Positions 1-13,160 of a DNA stretch of 64,000 bases are shown piece by piece (the first letter of the stretch is position 1; the number at the start of each line of letters is the position of its first letter). The DNA is from Camelus ferus (Eukaryota), in assembly GCF_009834535.1 (NCBI RefSeq), contig NC_045697.1:23376001-23440000 (forward strand), given 5' to 3'. The notes beneath the pieces were generated by a model, which saw only the letters and a program-made list of their open reading frames with translations, was not told where the DNA came from and ran no database searches. The position numbers and the translations under genes are program-made.

Positions 1-211
1 ACATATGAAAAATGCAGAGTTCAAATCTGCTAATTATAGGATTTTTTTAATATTTCTGTGAAAATAATTACATTTTTATTTAATTTTTAAATTTTTCTAA
101 AGCTTTCTAATTCATTTAATGGGTAATTATTTTATTCTGTTGATCTGTACCACTAAAAAAACTATTTCAGCATCTGCTAGTCTTTAGTTATTTGTTTCTG
201 CTAGAGGGCCA

Positions 212-238
212 GTGTGTGTGTGCATGTGTGTGTGTGTG
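212..238. repeat. (TG)n microsatellite, interrupted
   Basis: gtgtgtgtgtgcatgtgtgtgtgtgtg seen directly. Confidence 0.9.
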
Positions 239-699
239 CTAATGGTTTGTATCTTTTGATGTATAATATTTATGAAATTTACTTCACATATCAACAAAAA
301 CTCTGACTAATGGCACCTACTTTTGTGTTAGTGTTTTATATGTTATACAACTTGCACAAAATATCTTTGATTTAAGCTAAATAAACATAACCAGATAAAA
401 TTCTGCAAGCAAAATTTTAAAAACTTAGAGTATCCCTTGAACAAACAGTGGGAAATGTTTGCAGATTTGTACTTAATAGTTTATATTGTTTAGTTTAGGT
501 ACAACACAATGTAACTAAACCAAAACAAAACTGCATACAAAGTCCGTGTGCTCTAAAATTCTGTGATTTTTACACATTTTATGGGTCTATTTTGACATTG
601 GTACATCTAGCGAAATCTTAATCCATTTCTTTGAGAAGCAGCAAAAGTAAGGCCAACTCAATTGACCATGTATTATAAATAGAATTTGAGTGTAGGTTT

Positions 700-940
700 A
701 GGAAATGGTGTCAAGACTGCACTTCAAATTGATTTTAATACCAGTCCGGGGGTGGTATAGGGTAGGTGTCTTCAGACTGTATTTAAGTGGAGACTCTGAT
801 GAATTTTGAAGAACAGAATGGCAGAATGAAATCTATATTTTAGCAAGATTAATTTGGCAGTGCTACATTAAATGGATTGACAGAAATAACAATTTAAGGG
901 CAAAACACCAGCTAGGAAGCTATTACTGTGGTTTGACTTA
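700..940 (-). mobile_element. L2 LINE fragment, highly decayed
   Basis: 'ttttagcaagattaatttggcagtgc...ccagctaggaagctattactgtgg' resembles the antisense L2 3' region; recognised by eye. Confidence 0.45.
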
Positions 941-1764
941 AATGTGTTGGTAAAAAGTTAAATAGCAATAGAAATATTACAACAAAGAAATATATTAGAT
1001 ATCAAAATAACCTCAGGAATAAAACAGGGACAACAAAAAATACCCATTTCTAATTCCATGTAGTCCAAAGAATGTTCATGAATATTAATGAAAAAGAGGA
1101 ACAGGAAAAATATGAAACACCTGAATATGAAATAGAAGCCACTGAAGATGTGTAGCAGTCCTAGAATAAGCATGGAACCTAGATATAAAAATTATGTAAA
1201 TAATTCCAAACTCTTTCTTAGGAACAGTAGTTGTAGTTCAATGGAAGTTTTCCTAGAATAACAATGATTGCCATGTGTTAGTTGTTATAAAGGACCTTTC
1301 GTGGTTAGGCTAAAACCATCTCCCCTGCTAGACAAATTGCCGGGTTCAGTTTGCTGCCTTTGTATCCAAGACCTCTTGCACCATCAGTGTACTCTTACCA
1401 GCCCCTTTCTGGTTCTCTTGTTGATCTGTGATGATGCTCAGGAGAACCAAGAAATACTAAGACTTTTTTCTATAAACTATATTTTGCTTGGGTCTGAAAA
1501 GACCCTTATGAAAATAAGAAAGGGCGGGATAAATTCTACCTTTTTTCCCTGATAGTAACCTGATGTTCCAATGATATGCTTTCTATGTGATTATTTTCTA
1601 GAATTGTTTTGTTAATCTGCCCCTTATACTAAACTATGTCCATTAAACCAATGGACAAGAGAGATCTAAAATACAAATGCAAATTATTCACTACAGTTAT
1701 TTTGGTTCAACAGTGTTAAAAATGACTATGTTCTATTTGAAACTTATATTTAATTATTCATAGA

Positions 1765-1940
1765 ATCATAGCTAAAATTTTAAGTAAATTAAAAATTGTA
1801 AAATCCAGACTTCCTGCATTCAGGAATTTCAAATATAATTATTCCATTTTCAAATGAGTTTACTGACACACAGAAGAGTTAAACCATTTACTTACAATTA
1901 TATAGCCAGATAGCGAACTAGATCCCAATAATTCAGTCTC
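1765..1940 (-). mobile_element. MIR SINE fragment
   Basis: 'ccattttcaaatgagtttactgacacacagaagagttaaacc' resembles the antisense MIR core. Confidence 0.5.
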
Positions 1941-3164
1941 CCCTTTCATTGTTTCTTCCCTTATTCCCATTTCCCTTCAATAGTTATTGCAATATTATTG
2001 TAGACAGGAAATACTATGTTTGGGATTTATAATATTAAGGAAGAATGATCAACATAAGGGATATAAACTGAATAATAATGAAAAATTAGTCTTGTGTCCT
2101 TGGCAAGAAGCACCAACAGCACACTATAATTAATTGCAGCTGCTTTCACATAGCAATTGTGCAGTTTCCTTTTCTTTCCAGGAGTTGCTGAATCAGGCTA
2201 TGCAGCAAAGTTGATGTATACCTTCCGTGGAAATGAGATGTTTTAGATGCACTGCTCTCGGATGCCAGGATGGATGACAGTGTGAGATGTAATCCTTTCC
2301 TGTTTAATGCAACCCAAACCAATCTACATTCCAGAAGTCATTTGATTTCTTCCCTCTACAGTGCTATCAGATAGCAACTAGCTCTCTGGGGATCCCATTG
2401 ATGCTGAGATTGCACGAGATAGTGATTACACTGCTGAATCAGTCTGTAATCAATCTTGCATCCTACTGATCTTCTTTGTAGTTTTTCTTTTGATCACCAA
2501 GTAATGGGAAACACAGCATGCTAAAGAATAATATAGTTTCATCTAATTGTAGCTCCATTGAAAAGGCCTCTGGGTACTCGTGTATTCACCTTTCAATAAA
2601 AGTGTTTATAACGTAGTCAATTTCTAAAGTCAAAACAGATAATTACTACAGAGTTTGCTTGATTTATCTTTAGTATAAAAGTATCATTTAAAATTTTCTG
2701 AGTTCTCTAAATAAATATACTTTTCTAAGATTAAAAAATGTGCTTTTCTTCTCTTCTGTTTTTCTATTTATGGTCAATCCAGACACAGTCAATGATACTT
2801 GGATAAGTAGCCAGATGGGCTTTAAAATTAGGAGATGCACTCTCAAATTTGTAGATGTACTAGAGAAACATATAAATAACAAGAATTTAAAAGACAATGA
2901 AAGTTTTTTAACTGTGCAGAGAGTATTTCCTAATAGGCAGGGCTTGTGAGGAAAACATGATCAGAAATCTGTTTTTAGCTGCTGTCAAAATAATATATAT
3001 GTGAAGACACGTGAAGCAATAATTCAGGTCACACGGAAACTGAAAAGATGGGTATTGGAAAGAAGACTGTTAAATACAAGGCAAGATTTTGTGATATTAC
3101 AGTCACCAGTGAGTACTTCAAGGAGGCAGTCTGATTGTGCCAGATTACCTAATTACCCATATAC

Positions 3165-3295
3165 ATGTCTGCCTTAGTTCATGTTTCACAGAAAAACCAG
3201 AAGCTGAGAAAGAGACTCAAATACATAGGTTTGTCATAAGGAATTAGGGTGGAGATAAGGGATCAGGAAAGGTGGAACGTGGAATGAAGAAAAGA
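3165..3295 (-). mobile_element. ERVL LTR fragment (LTR33-like), abutting L1
   Basis: 'tgtctgccttagttcatgtttcacagaaaaaccagaagctgagaaagagactc' resembles the antisense LTR33 end. Confidence 0.35.
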
Positions 3296-3299
3296 AAAT

Positions 3300-5025
3300 A
3301 TATTCAACATCCAGAAATCAATCAGTGCAATACACCTCATTAACAAAATGAAGGGTGTAAATTATATGATTATCTCAATAGATAAAGAAAAAGCATTTGA
3401 CAAAATTCAACATTTATGTATGATAAAAATTCTCAACAAAGTGGGTATAGAAAGAATGTACCTCAACATAATAAAGGTCATACATGTGATACCCACAACT
3501 AACATCACACTTAAGGCAAAAGCTGAAAGCTTTTTATCAAAGATGAGGAATGAGACAAGGATGCCCACTCTTGCCAGTTTTATTTGACATAGTATTGGAA
3601 GTCCTAGCCAAAATAATTAGGGAAGAAAAATAAATAAATGGCATCCAAGTTAGAAAAGAAAAAGTAAAACTGTCTCTCTTTGCAGATAACATGATCCTAT
3701 ATATAAAAAACCCTAGACTCCACTCAAAACTTAGAACAAACAAATTCAGAAAAGTTGCAGCATACAAAATTAATACACAGAAATCTACTGTATTTCTATA
3801 CCCTAATAATGGACTATAAGAAAGAGAAATTAAGAAAATAATCCCATTTACAACTGCACCAAAGAGAATAATATACCTAGGAATAATTTTAACCAAGGAG
3901 GGGAAAAACCTGCACACTGAGAACTATAAGATATTGATGAAAAAATTGTGGAGACGAGGCAAATAAATGAGAAGATATTCCATGCTCATGAATTGGAACA
4001 ATTAAAATATTGTTAAAATGTTTATACTACCCAAAGTGATCTACAGATTCAATGCAATCCATATCAAAAAAAAATTTTTTTCACAGAAATATAAAGAACA
4101 AATCTAAAACTGGTATGGAAACACAAAAGACCCCAAATTGCCAATACAATCTTGAAGAATCACGTGAATGCATCATATGCATCATGTATCTTGATTTCAA
4201 ACTATATTACAAAACTATAATAATCAAGACAGAATGTTATAAAATGTATAAAAACAGACACAAAGATCAATTGAACAGAAGAGAGAGCCCAGAAATAAAC
4301 CCATGCATATATAGTCAGTTGATTTATGACGAAAGAGCCAAGAGAGTATCATAGGGAAAGCACAGTCTCTTCAATAAATGGTGTTAGGAAAATTGGATAG
4401 CCACATGCAAAAGAATGAAACTGGACTCCTATCTTACATCATACACAAATATTAATGAGAAATAGATTAAAGACTTGAATGTAAGACTTGAAACCATAAA
4501 ACTCCTGGGGAAAAAACGTAACAGGCAAGCTCCTCAACAACAGTCTTGGCAATGATCTTTTGGATTTGGCAACAAAAGCAAAAATCAACAAGTGAAACAA
4601 TATCAAACTAAAAAGTTTCTACACAGCAAAGGAAACCATCAAAAAAATTAAAAGGCAACCTATGGAATGGAAGAAAATTTTGCAAATCATGTATCCAATA
4701 GGGGTTAATATCCAAAACACATAAAGAACTCACATAACTCAATAATAAAAACCCCAACAATCCTATTTTAAAATGGGCAGAGGATCTAAATATACATATT
4801 TCCAAGGAAAACATACAGATGCCCAATGGGAAACAGTTTCTTAACATCACTAATCACTAGAGATATGTAAATCAAAACCACAATGAGATATTACATCACA
4901 CCTGTTGGAATGGCTAGTATCAAACAGACAAGAAATAACAAGTGTTGGTAAGAATCTGGAGTGAAGGGAACACTGGTACACTGTTAGTGGGAATGTAAAT
5001 TGGTACACCCTCTATGGAAAACAGT
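3300..5025 (+). mobile_element. L1 ORF2 fragment (RT domain to C-terminus), frameshifted, 3' UTR missing
   Basis: ORF 3348-3587 contains NYMIISIDKEKAFDKIQH (L1 RT). 'ctctttgcagataacatgatc' at ~3675 is the F-A-D-[D>N]-M-I catalytic motif. ORF 4052-4354 has DFKLYYK...PEINP..YSQLIYD. Multiple stops and frameshifts. Confidence 0.95.
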
Positions 5026-8000
5026 ACAGCTTTATTAAGATATAATGTATATGCCATGAGACTTAGCCTTTTAAACTGTGTATTCACTGGCTTTTTTAAA
5101 TCATATTAACAGAGTTATAGAATCATTACTACTAATTTCAGAATATTTTCATCACTCCGCAAATAAAACACACATCCACTAGCAGTCACTTTCCATTTTC
5201 CTTTCCCCCTCTAGCAACCACTACTGTCTATGTCTATGTATATTTATCAATTCAAGACTCTTATATAAATGGAATCATATAATACATGATTACTTTTACT
5301 ACTTTCTTCCACTTAGCATAATGTTTTCAAGGTACATCCATATTGTAGTATGTTTCAGTACTTTATTTTATGACCAAAGAGTATTCCATGTTATATATAT
5401 ATATACACACATACACACACATACATATACCAAATCAATTAGTCAGTTTTGGTATTTTGTATCTTCTAGGAATTTATCTATTTCATTTAGCTTATATAAT
5501 TTGTAGGTAGAGTTTCTTATAGCATTTTTTATAATCCTTTTTTATTTTTTTTAAGTTTGGTAGTGATGCCCACTCTTTCATTTTTTATTTTTGTAATAGA
5601 AGTATTCTGTTTTTCCCCTTGGTCAGTGTAATTAAACATTTGTCAATAAGATTTCAGTATTCCAAATAACCAAATTTTTCATTCATATCTCTATTATTAT
5701 ATTATGCCTTTTTTTTTTTACTTCCCCTATTTTTTTTTATTTACTCCCTTCGGCTGTCTTTGTGTTCAGTTTGGTCTTGTTTTTCTAGTTTAAGATATAT
5801 AGTTTAAAGTTATTGATTTAAGATCTTTTTTTGCTGTTGTTTTAGACATTTTAGAGCTATCAATTTTCCTCTAAGCAATGCTTTATCTGCATCCTATAAG
5901 TTTTGGTATGTTGTTTTTGTTTTCCTTCTCAAGTTCTTTAAAATTTTTTGAGAATTTTATAGTTTCCTTTGTAATATCTTCTATGACCCATTTGTTACTT
6001 AAGAATGTGTTAATTTCCACATAGCTATGAATATCCCAAATTTCCATCTGATGTTGATTTGCAATTTTATTCCATTGTTTACAGAGAACATTCTTCATAT
6101 AGTTTCAAATTTATTGAGTCTTTTGTTATGGCCAAATATACGTTCTATCATGCAGAAGTCCCATGTACACTTGAAAAGTGTATGTATTTTACTGTTGTTA
6201 GATACATTGGCCAATAGATGTCTTTTAGATTTACTGTTTAGTTGTGTTATTCAAGTCTTCTGTTTCCTTTCTGAGTTTCTGTCTACTTGTTTTATCCATT
6301 ATGATAACAGAGAATTGAAACCTCTGATCATTGTCTTTTCTGTTTCAGTCATTTTACGTAATGTATTATGGGACTCTTGTTAGATGCATATATACTTATA
6401 ATTGTCATGTCTCCCTGACCATTTGTCAACGTCACTATTGTAAAATGTTCTTTACCTCTAGTAAAATTTTTTCTTACCCTCCATTCTGTTTGATATTAGT
6501 ATAGCCATTCCAGTTCTTTTCTAGTTAGTATCAACATGGTATATTTTTTACATCCTTTTGCCTCCAACTTACTTGATTATTTTAATCTAAAGTACGTCTC
6601 ATCCACAGTATATGGTCAAATTCTATCTTTCTAATACATTCTGCCAATCTCTAATTTATGAAGTTGTGTTTAAGCCATATAAACTTAACATAATTAACAT
6701 GATAAGGTAAGACTGATAGCTGACATTTTGCTATCTATTTTTTCCTCAGAGAATAGCACCTTAACTTAAAATAATCTAGTTTGCATTAATGCCAAGGTAA
6801 TTTTAATTATACAAAATAATTTGCTTCAATATAACTTTATTCCTTCCTCCTTTATGCTATTATTGTCATACAAATTATATCTTTATACATCAAAAGCACA
6901 TTGTTTTATAATTATTAATTTATGCCATTGCTGTTTACAATGACATGAAAATTTTATAAAGTTACAAACAAAAATACATTTTACTGTATTTTATGTTAAC
7001 CTATGTAGTTATCTTTATTTCTTCATGTAAATTCAAGGTACCATCTCCTATCCTTTCATTTCAGCCTAAAGGATCATCTTGACTATAGTAATTTGGTAGG
7101 GCAGGTTCTAGCAATGAATTTTCTCAATTTTTAATTTTCTGAAAGTGTTTTAATGTCTCTTTCATTTTTGAAGAATAATACTGTTGAATAGAGAATTTTT
7201 GATTGACAGTCTTTCATTTCAGCACTTTTTATATTTTATCCACTGCCTTTGGACTCCATGGTTTCTGATTAGAAGTCAGCTCTTAATCTAATTGAAGAGT
7301 CCTTGTACGTGATGAGGTATTTTTCTCTTGCTAGTTTCAAGAGAGTCTTCTATTCTTTGTTTTTTTGACATTACTACTATGATATGCCTAGGTGGAGAAG
7401 TATTTGAGTTTATCCTACTTGGAATTTTTTTGTGCTTCTTGGATGTGTAGATTAATGATTCTCATCAAATTTGGGAAATTTTATCCAATAATTCACTTTT
7501 AAAAATTTTGGCCAGCCTCTTCTTTGTTCCAGTTGGTGTTGCTTCCTCAGCTACCATAATGTTAAACAGTTGCTGCTGGTTGTTTTCAACAAATGCCTTG
7601 GGAGTCAGCTTAGTGAGAAAAGACCTAACTCAAACCAAATTAAAATCACCCCTATGAATGATACTTTTTCAAGGATCTGCCAGACAAGTAAAACAGTGAC
7701 AATCTTCTGGGAACAAGGCTTTGGGGGAAGCTCCAAAATTGTTCTACCCTTCCATGCTGTGCTGCTGTTTTCTTAGCTATTGTGGCTTCAAGGCTGGTGA
7801 TTTTCATGGCTACCACAAAACCAACTATAGAGGGATGGGAGTAGGAAAGTTAAAACACCACTGAGTCATTGTTCTTTTTAAGATTTGATCATCCTTATTT
7901 AATAAATCCTGAAAGGACTATTGCAAGCCTACAGTTAATTTCCAGAATTCTCAAAAAGGGTTTTTTGATGATTTTTTGCCATTGTCTTCATTGCTCTTAT

Positions 8001-8050
8001 GACTGAGCAGATTTTCAAAGGTCCTTATTCTGATATTTCAGATATGCTTC
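5026..8050 (-). mobile_element. Ancient internally deleted L1 (L1MC/L1MD-like): 3' UTR, part of ORF2, ORF1 C-terminus and 5' end
   Basis: 5026-5390 antisense L1M 3' UTR ('acagctttattaagatataat'). ORF 5883-6098(-) INTFLSNKWVIEDITKE matches L1 ORF2 just after the endonuclease. 7140-7340 is antisense ORF1-like. 7560-8050 resembles an L1M 5' end. May be more than one copy. Confidence 0.8.
5392..5430. repeat. (TA)n(CA)n compound microsatellite
   Basis: tatatatatatatacacacatacacacacatacatatac. Confidence 0.85.
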
Positions 8051-8229
8051 TATCCCACTCCATTTACAATTTATGTAAACTTAAAGTTTCCACATAGAAT
8101 TCTGAAACTCAATTTATATAAAATAAGAATCATAGCATTTGTCTTACCTTTCTCACAGGATTATGAGGATAAAACAAATACTTGACATTTGTCTATGCCA
8201 TAATAAAACAAAAATAATAATAATACTAT

Positions 8230-8445
8230 GCACCATGTATTAGGTGCTAAGCTGGGCACTTCATATTTAATATTGTTTACCTCCAGAAAACAGGCAAAAA
8301 TAGGTATTTTCCCCATTTTAGATATGGGAAAATTTAGACTAAAAGTGATGTGAGTTATTTGCTCAAAGCCATATATCTAGTAAGAACAAAAACAGGAACA
8401 CAAACTCGTGACTATCTGCTTTTGAGGACAAGCTACTCTATACAG
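8230..8445 (-). mobile_element. MIR SINE
   Basis: 'ccccattttagatatgggaaaatttagact...gttatttgctcaaagccatatatctagtaag' is the antisense MIR core. Confidence 0.65.
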
Positions 8446-9479
8446 CACAATGCTAAAGAAAACTGAGGAGGAGGAAAAGGAAGATGGTGATGATGATCTT
8501 TTATCCCTCCTTTCTACTATAAAAATTATATTAAGACTTAATCATTACATCTCATTAGAGATAATTCCGTACAGTTCAATCTTTATCTAAATTTAACTCT
8601 ATAAAGATCTGATATCATTTGCTAACTAAAGGTAAGATACTGTAATCTTAAAAAGTATTCACTAGTGACAAGCTGGTGACAGTTTAATTTAGAGCATTAT
8701 TATAAATTGCATAATGTATAATTCCTACAATTATACATAACAATCATATTGTTCAGTGGAGACTTTTCAGAATAATAGTATATTTGCCTTTAACAAAAAC
8801 GGTTAAATTCTTACAATCTTTGTGCCACAGTTATATAGTTTATCTTGCTAAGCAGCAGTGAATTTTGATAGAAATATGGATAGGTTATAGACAAGCAAGT
8901 AGCGCAAACTTATTGATACTTCTGCTCAATTCCCTGTGATTTTATTCATAGCCTTATAATCATTGAAATGCCCTGCTACTTTTAAAGATCTTTGTTTTAT
9001 TACCTTTTTCTTGGTTTCTGTGTTACTTGTATCAATTTACCGTTAGTTAATTATGCAAGCAAATAGTTACTAAGTATCTATTTTATGCCAGAGAAATTCT
9101 GGGGAAGTACAAAATACTTGTTTACCTCATGACAAGCCTTAGTACTTTAAAACTGGATAATTGAATATATGTATATATGTTCAATCATTTATACCCCAAA
9201 TCAGATTATTTTTAAGTTAAAAACTTTATTCTTCCAGATTTGCCATATAAAACACTGTCTTCAGCCAGATCATGGTACTCAGGTTTGTTTGTTTGTTTTT
9301 TTTAATTTATGCTTATCAAAGTCTCTCTTAAAAATTGGTATGTATCACATGTTAATTTGCAGAGATTGTCACTAAGTCAGGACAATTAATTCCTTTTCAG
9401 ACACCTTGATTTTTGTTTGTTTTGTTTTGCATATATTTGAGTAGAGAAGATTTTACCAGAGAATTCTATTTTTAAAATG

Positions 9480-9566
9480 AGGGTTTGTGGTCAGTTACCT
9501 AGGTTCAATTCAATGTCTGTCACTCACTAGTTCTTTAACCTTGTGGAGGTTACTTTACTGCTTCAG
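9480..9566 (+). mobile_element. MIR SINE fragment
   Basis: 'cctaggttcaattc...cactcactagttctttaaccttgtggaggttacttta' matches the MIR 5' half. Confidence 0.6.
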
Positions 9567-10449
9567 CAATTATTTGGAGAACAGAACTCAGAGAGGTAGA
9601 ATGGCAAAGAAACCAGGTATGATATTACAGCAAGAGTCCAAGGAGATAAGATGGGTGCCTTAATGAATGCAGTGCTTTATTAAGCAAATACTAATAGCTG
9701 CATTTTCTGCTAGGGGACAATGACATAAAATTAGATAAGTCACAGTCCTTGCATGCATGTAATTCACAGTCTACGGTAGAAGAAAGATACATAGAAATAC
9801 TACCTATAAGCCAAGTTGTTAATTGCCATAATATGGATGTAAGTAAAGTCCTAGAGAACACAAAATTGATTCCATTATTCCATATGTGTCCTGACCAACA
9901 CAGTCCAATGGCAATATTATTTCCCATTATCTAGGCAATTAACTTCTATTATGCATCCAAAGATTGTATTACTTTTGTTAACTACACCTCACTGAAGGAT
10001 CAAATTAAGCAAGAGAAAAGGAGCTGGTTGATTTGTGTCCTTTACATTTTTACTATTTAAGTCTGCAATGGCATTAGATGATTCTTATCGTAATACTTTT
10101 GAAGAATTTACTTTTTCAGTAAGCATTTATCATAACTATACATTAAGTTTTACAATATATGACATATTTTGCGAATCTTAAGGTAGAAAACGTATTCTGG
10201 TAATATTTTGCTTTCAACGCTACCTGCTATTCTGTAATAAAAATCTTGCACCTGTTCTTTCTTAATGGCTTTCTCTAATAGATGGTCTCATGATCTGCTC
10301 TTTGATGTTAGCGTTAATTCAATGCTTAGATCAAATTTAAGAAAACATCCATGTTAATTCAGTACACCTGTAAATTCTGAGACCCTTTGCACTTTAATTA
10401 TTCTGGTAAAAGTATGGAAACTTTTTAACATTAAGGTGAAAGAAAAAAA

Positions 10450-10660
10450 AAAACAAGATTTGAAGTCAAGCAAATATAAATCTGAATCTTAGTTCTCATT
10501 CATTATAAGACAGTGTGGATAAGTTACTTTTTAGGGTGTAGGTCTTTTCGTGCATAAAATGGGGTAATGCTCCCTCCATAAAGTTATTTGAAGATTAAAT
10601 TATAATAATTAAAAAAATCTTAGGACAGTGTCTGGCTTTTGATAAATGATCAATAACTAC
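10450..10660 (+). mobile_element. MIR SINE
   Basis: 'ggataagttactt...taaaatggggtaat...gaagattaaat...ttaggacagtgtctggc' follows the MIR layout. Confidence 0.65.
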
Positions 10661-11189
10661 ATTATTTGCATTACTACCCTACTCTCATATGTTGTACAGA
10701 ATATTGTTCATCAACTGGCCATTGGTTTTAATACCATAATGCTACTATTATTAGCTTCAAAATTGTATAGTTTTCAGTACTACAAAACTTAAATTTAAAA
10801 AATATTATATAGAAAAATAGAAGACATTAGCCATATACCATGGAACATAATTTTTCCTACTGAAAATTGCAAAAGACTTCCTCATTTCACAAAAAACAAA
10901 ATTGACTGGCAAAATTATCTAGAGAAAGAACAAATAAATATACTGTAAGTTTAACATAAATTAGTTTTGAAATTCTTAATGCAAAGAGGAAACATGGAAG
11001 CAATTCTATGGGAAAAGCTATGTAGAAAAGCAAGATAAATTCTTTACCCTTTTGGGGTTTTTATTTCTTCATCTCTTAATTGGATAATGCCAGCTTAACT
11101 AATGGATCAATTATATTTATCATGTAAAGATTCTACAAATGTAAGTCGTTATAACTGAAATCCAACTAAAGGAAAATGTAGGAAAAGAA

Positions 11190-12860
11190 GGAAGATTTTC
11201 AAAAGTTCTTTATCCCAAAGGGGATAGCTTTGGATAAATACTGTTGCCACTGTTGGCTAGATCAGACAGTCAAGCCAATGGCAATGTCTCAAGTCTAAAA
11301 CTGTGCAGATGGGGCTGCCTGTTGGCCAAGGTATCCAGTGACAGAATGACTGTGGTTGGGTCAATTTTGTTTATCCTTGAGTCCTGTCACCAATCAGTGA
11401 CATCTTAGCTAAGGGATGAATAGCAGCAACTCTTCAGCAAGCTTCATTACAAACAATGGTGGCTCTATTGCCTATAAAACATAGTAACTCTTTTTGCTGT
11501 TCCTTCATTTGGTCCCAAGAAGCTTTGCAGTAGTTAAGGGGTATAGGACAGTCGTGACCTCCTTCACTATTATGGCATCTAGCAAAGGACTGAGAATAGG
11601 GAAGCCATCTCCTCCTGCAGGTGGGATACCTCAGGGGATCTGGGTTTGTCTCTCTTCTGTAGGTACCATTTCTGTCTTAGGAAGGAAACCTTGGTGGCTA
11701 TGCCAAGCTTGAGGGTACTGCTTCTGTGACCCCACGACATAATGGGAAACTATGTAACAAGGGTCATGGGTTCAGGACCTATGAGAGATTTTATTTCCAG
11801 GAGAGTCCAGTATGCAGCCTGCAGTCAATATGATGGCATACAGCATGGTGCTAAGGAAGACAGTTTCTTGTAGCAGAAATTCATGAGAAATTCATCATGG
11901 GTGGCTGAGAGATTCCAGGAGGAATGATAATAGGTTGCTAAAGTCTCTACTGTGAAGGAGAATCTGGGGTCACTAGTGGAGTGCCTGTGGTATTGCACTG
12001 TGGACACATTCTGGAGATTTTTATCTTAGGGGATCTCATCCAATGTGGGCTAATTTGCAAGTAACATCATAACAGGCTTAAATAAAATTCATAAACAAGG
12101 AATATGTTGCCTTCAGAACCCAAAAAGGCCTAAAATGTGTTTGTCTTGCTTTAATGTGGTGGCTACTGAGAAAGTCAATAGCTGTGCCTTTACAGTGTCA
12201 GAGATGCAGTGGCCGTTGGTGGAACAAACAATTTTCACGAATTTAACAGGGGTGATGGGGCCTTTTACCATGTGAACTATGTGGGACAATGACCCGTCTC
12301 CTTTATATGAACTCTTTTGTGGGTTTCCGCATGTCCTTAATCAGTGTGTCAATGAACCTCCTCCTTGGAAGAGGATGTCATCAATGCAATAGTATACCTG
12401 TGCTCCGGGAGAGTAATTAAGATCTTGCTTGTAAAGATTGTGTGTAATGGCAGGGCTGTTGAGATAACCCAGCAGGGTTAAGGCATATTGTGCCTCTTAG
12501 AAGGTGAAGGCACACTGCAGCTGAGAGGCTTTTAAAATAGGCACTGAACAGGCTATATTAGGTACATCTATGACTGCAGACGATTTATCATTTGCTGATT
12601 GGATGAAGGCAATACTTCCAATAATATTGGATGTGAGGACTTTAATGGTTGGGGGCCATAGCATTAAGGTTGTGGTAATCTACTGTGAGGTGCTATTTTT
12701 TCTTTCCAAGCTTAAGAACAAACCAAATGTGACTGCTAAAGAGAGAAGCAGTGTGCATAATTACCTCTTCTCTGAACATGTCTTGGGTTTGCATCTTGAA
12801 GATACTGTTCTAATTTATATTGAGCTGTATTGGCCATACTAATCAGGAATGGAGATTCCT
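11190..12860 (-). pseudogene. pol: ERVL pol remnant (reverse transcriptase, tether, RNase H)
   Basis: YIDD-equivalent 'CIDDIL' at ~12372-12389. RNase H-like 'ASWDQMKEQQKELLCFIGNRA..*RVAAIHP' at ~11410-11530 and 'IQSYPLWDKELL' at ~11200-11236. Many stops. Confidence 0.85.
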
Positions 12861-12914
12861 GAAGGATCTTTTTCTCAGGCTAATTGTGTAAAAAACCATT
12901 AATTTAATTTATTA

Positions 12915-13160
12915 TTCATTGGATAAGAGTATTTACTCCTACTCTGGGATATTTTAGGGCAATAGGTGCTATGGCTATGGAAAATTTAGGCAAAGCAATA
13001 GTTCTCAAGGAAAAGGTAAAGTATACTTGTTCATGTCCTGCATTTTATGTTTGCTAACCCTCCTAAGAATAAAGGGGGTACCAAGTTTAAATGTAATGGG
13101 ATCCCCAAGCTTAACTCTAAATCAAGACCTAATGTTGATTAAGTCTATTAAAGTTTCTTA
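12915..13160 (-). pseudogene. pro: ERVL protease remnant
   Basis: Minus strand reads LINIRS*FRVKLGDP..FKLGTP, a degenerate form of retroviral L(I/V)DTGAxxTxxPGDP, immediately upstream of RT. Confidence 0.55.

Noticed and set aside
11209..11238. Inverted repeat tttatcccaaag/ctttggataaa as a breakpoint scar at the ERV end
   Set aside because: The RNase H-like frame (IQSYPLWDKELL) reads through it, so it is coincidental within pol
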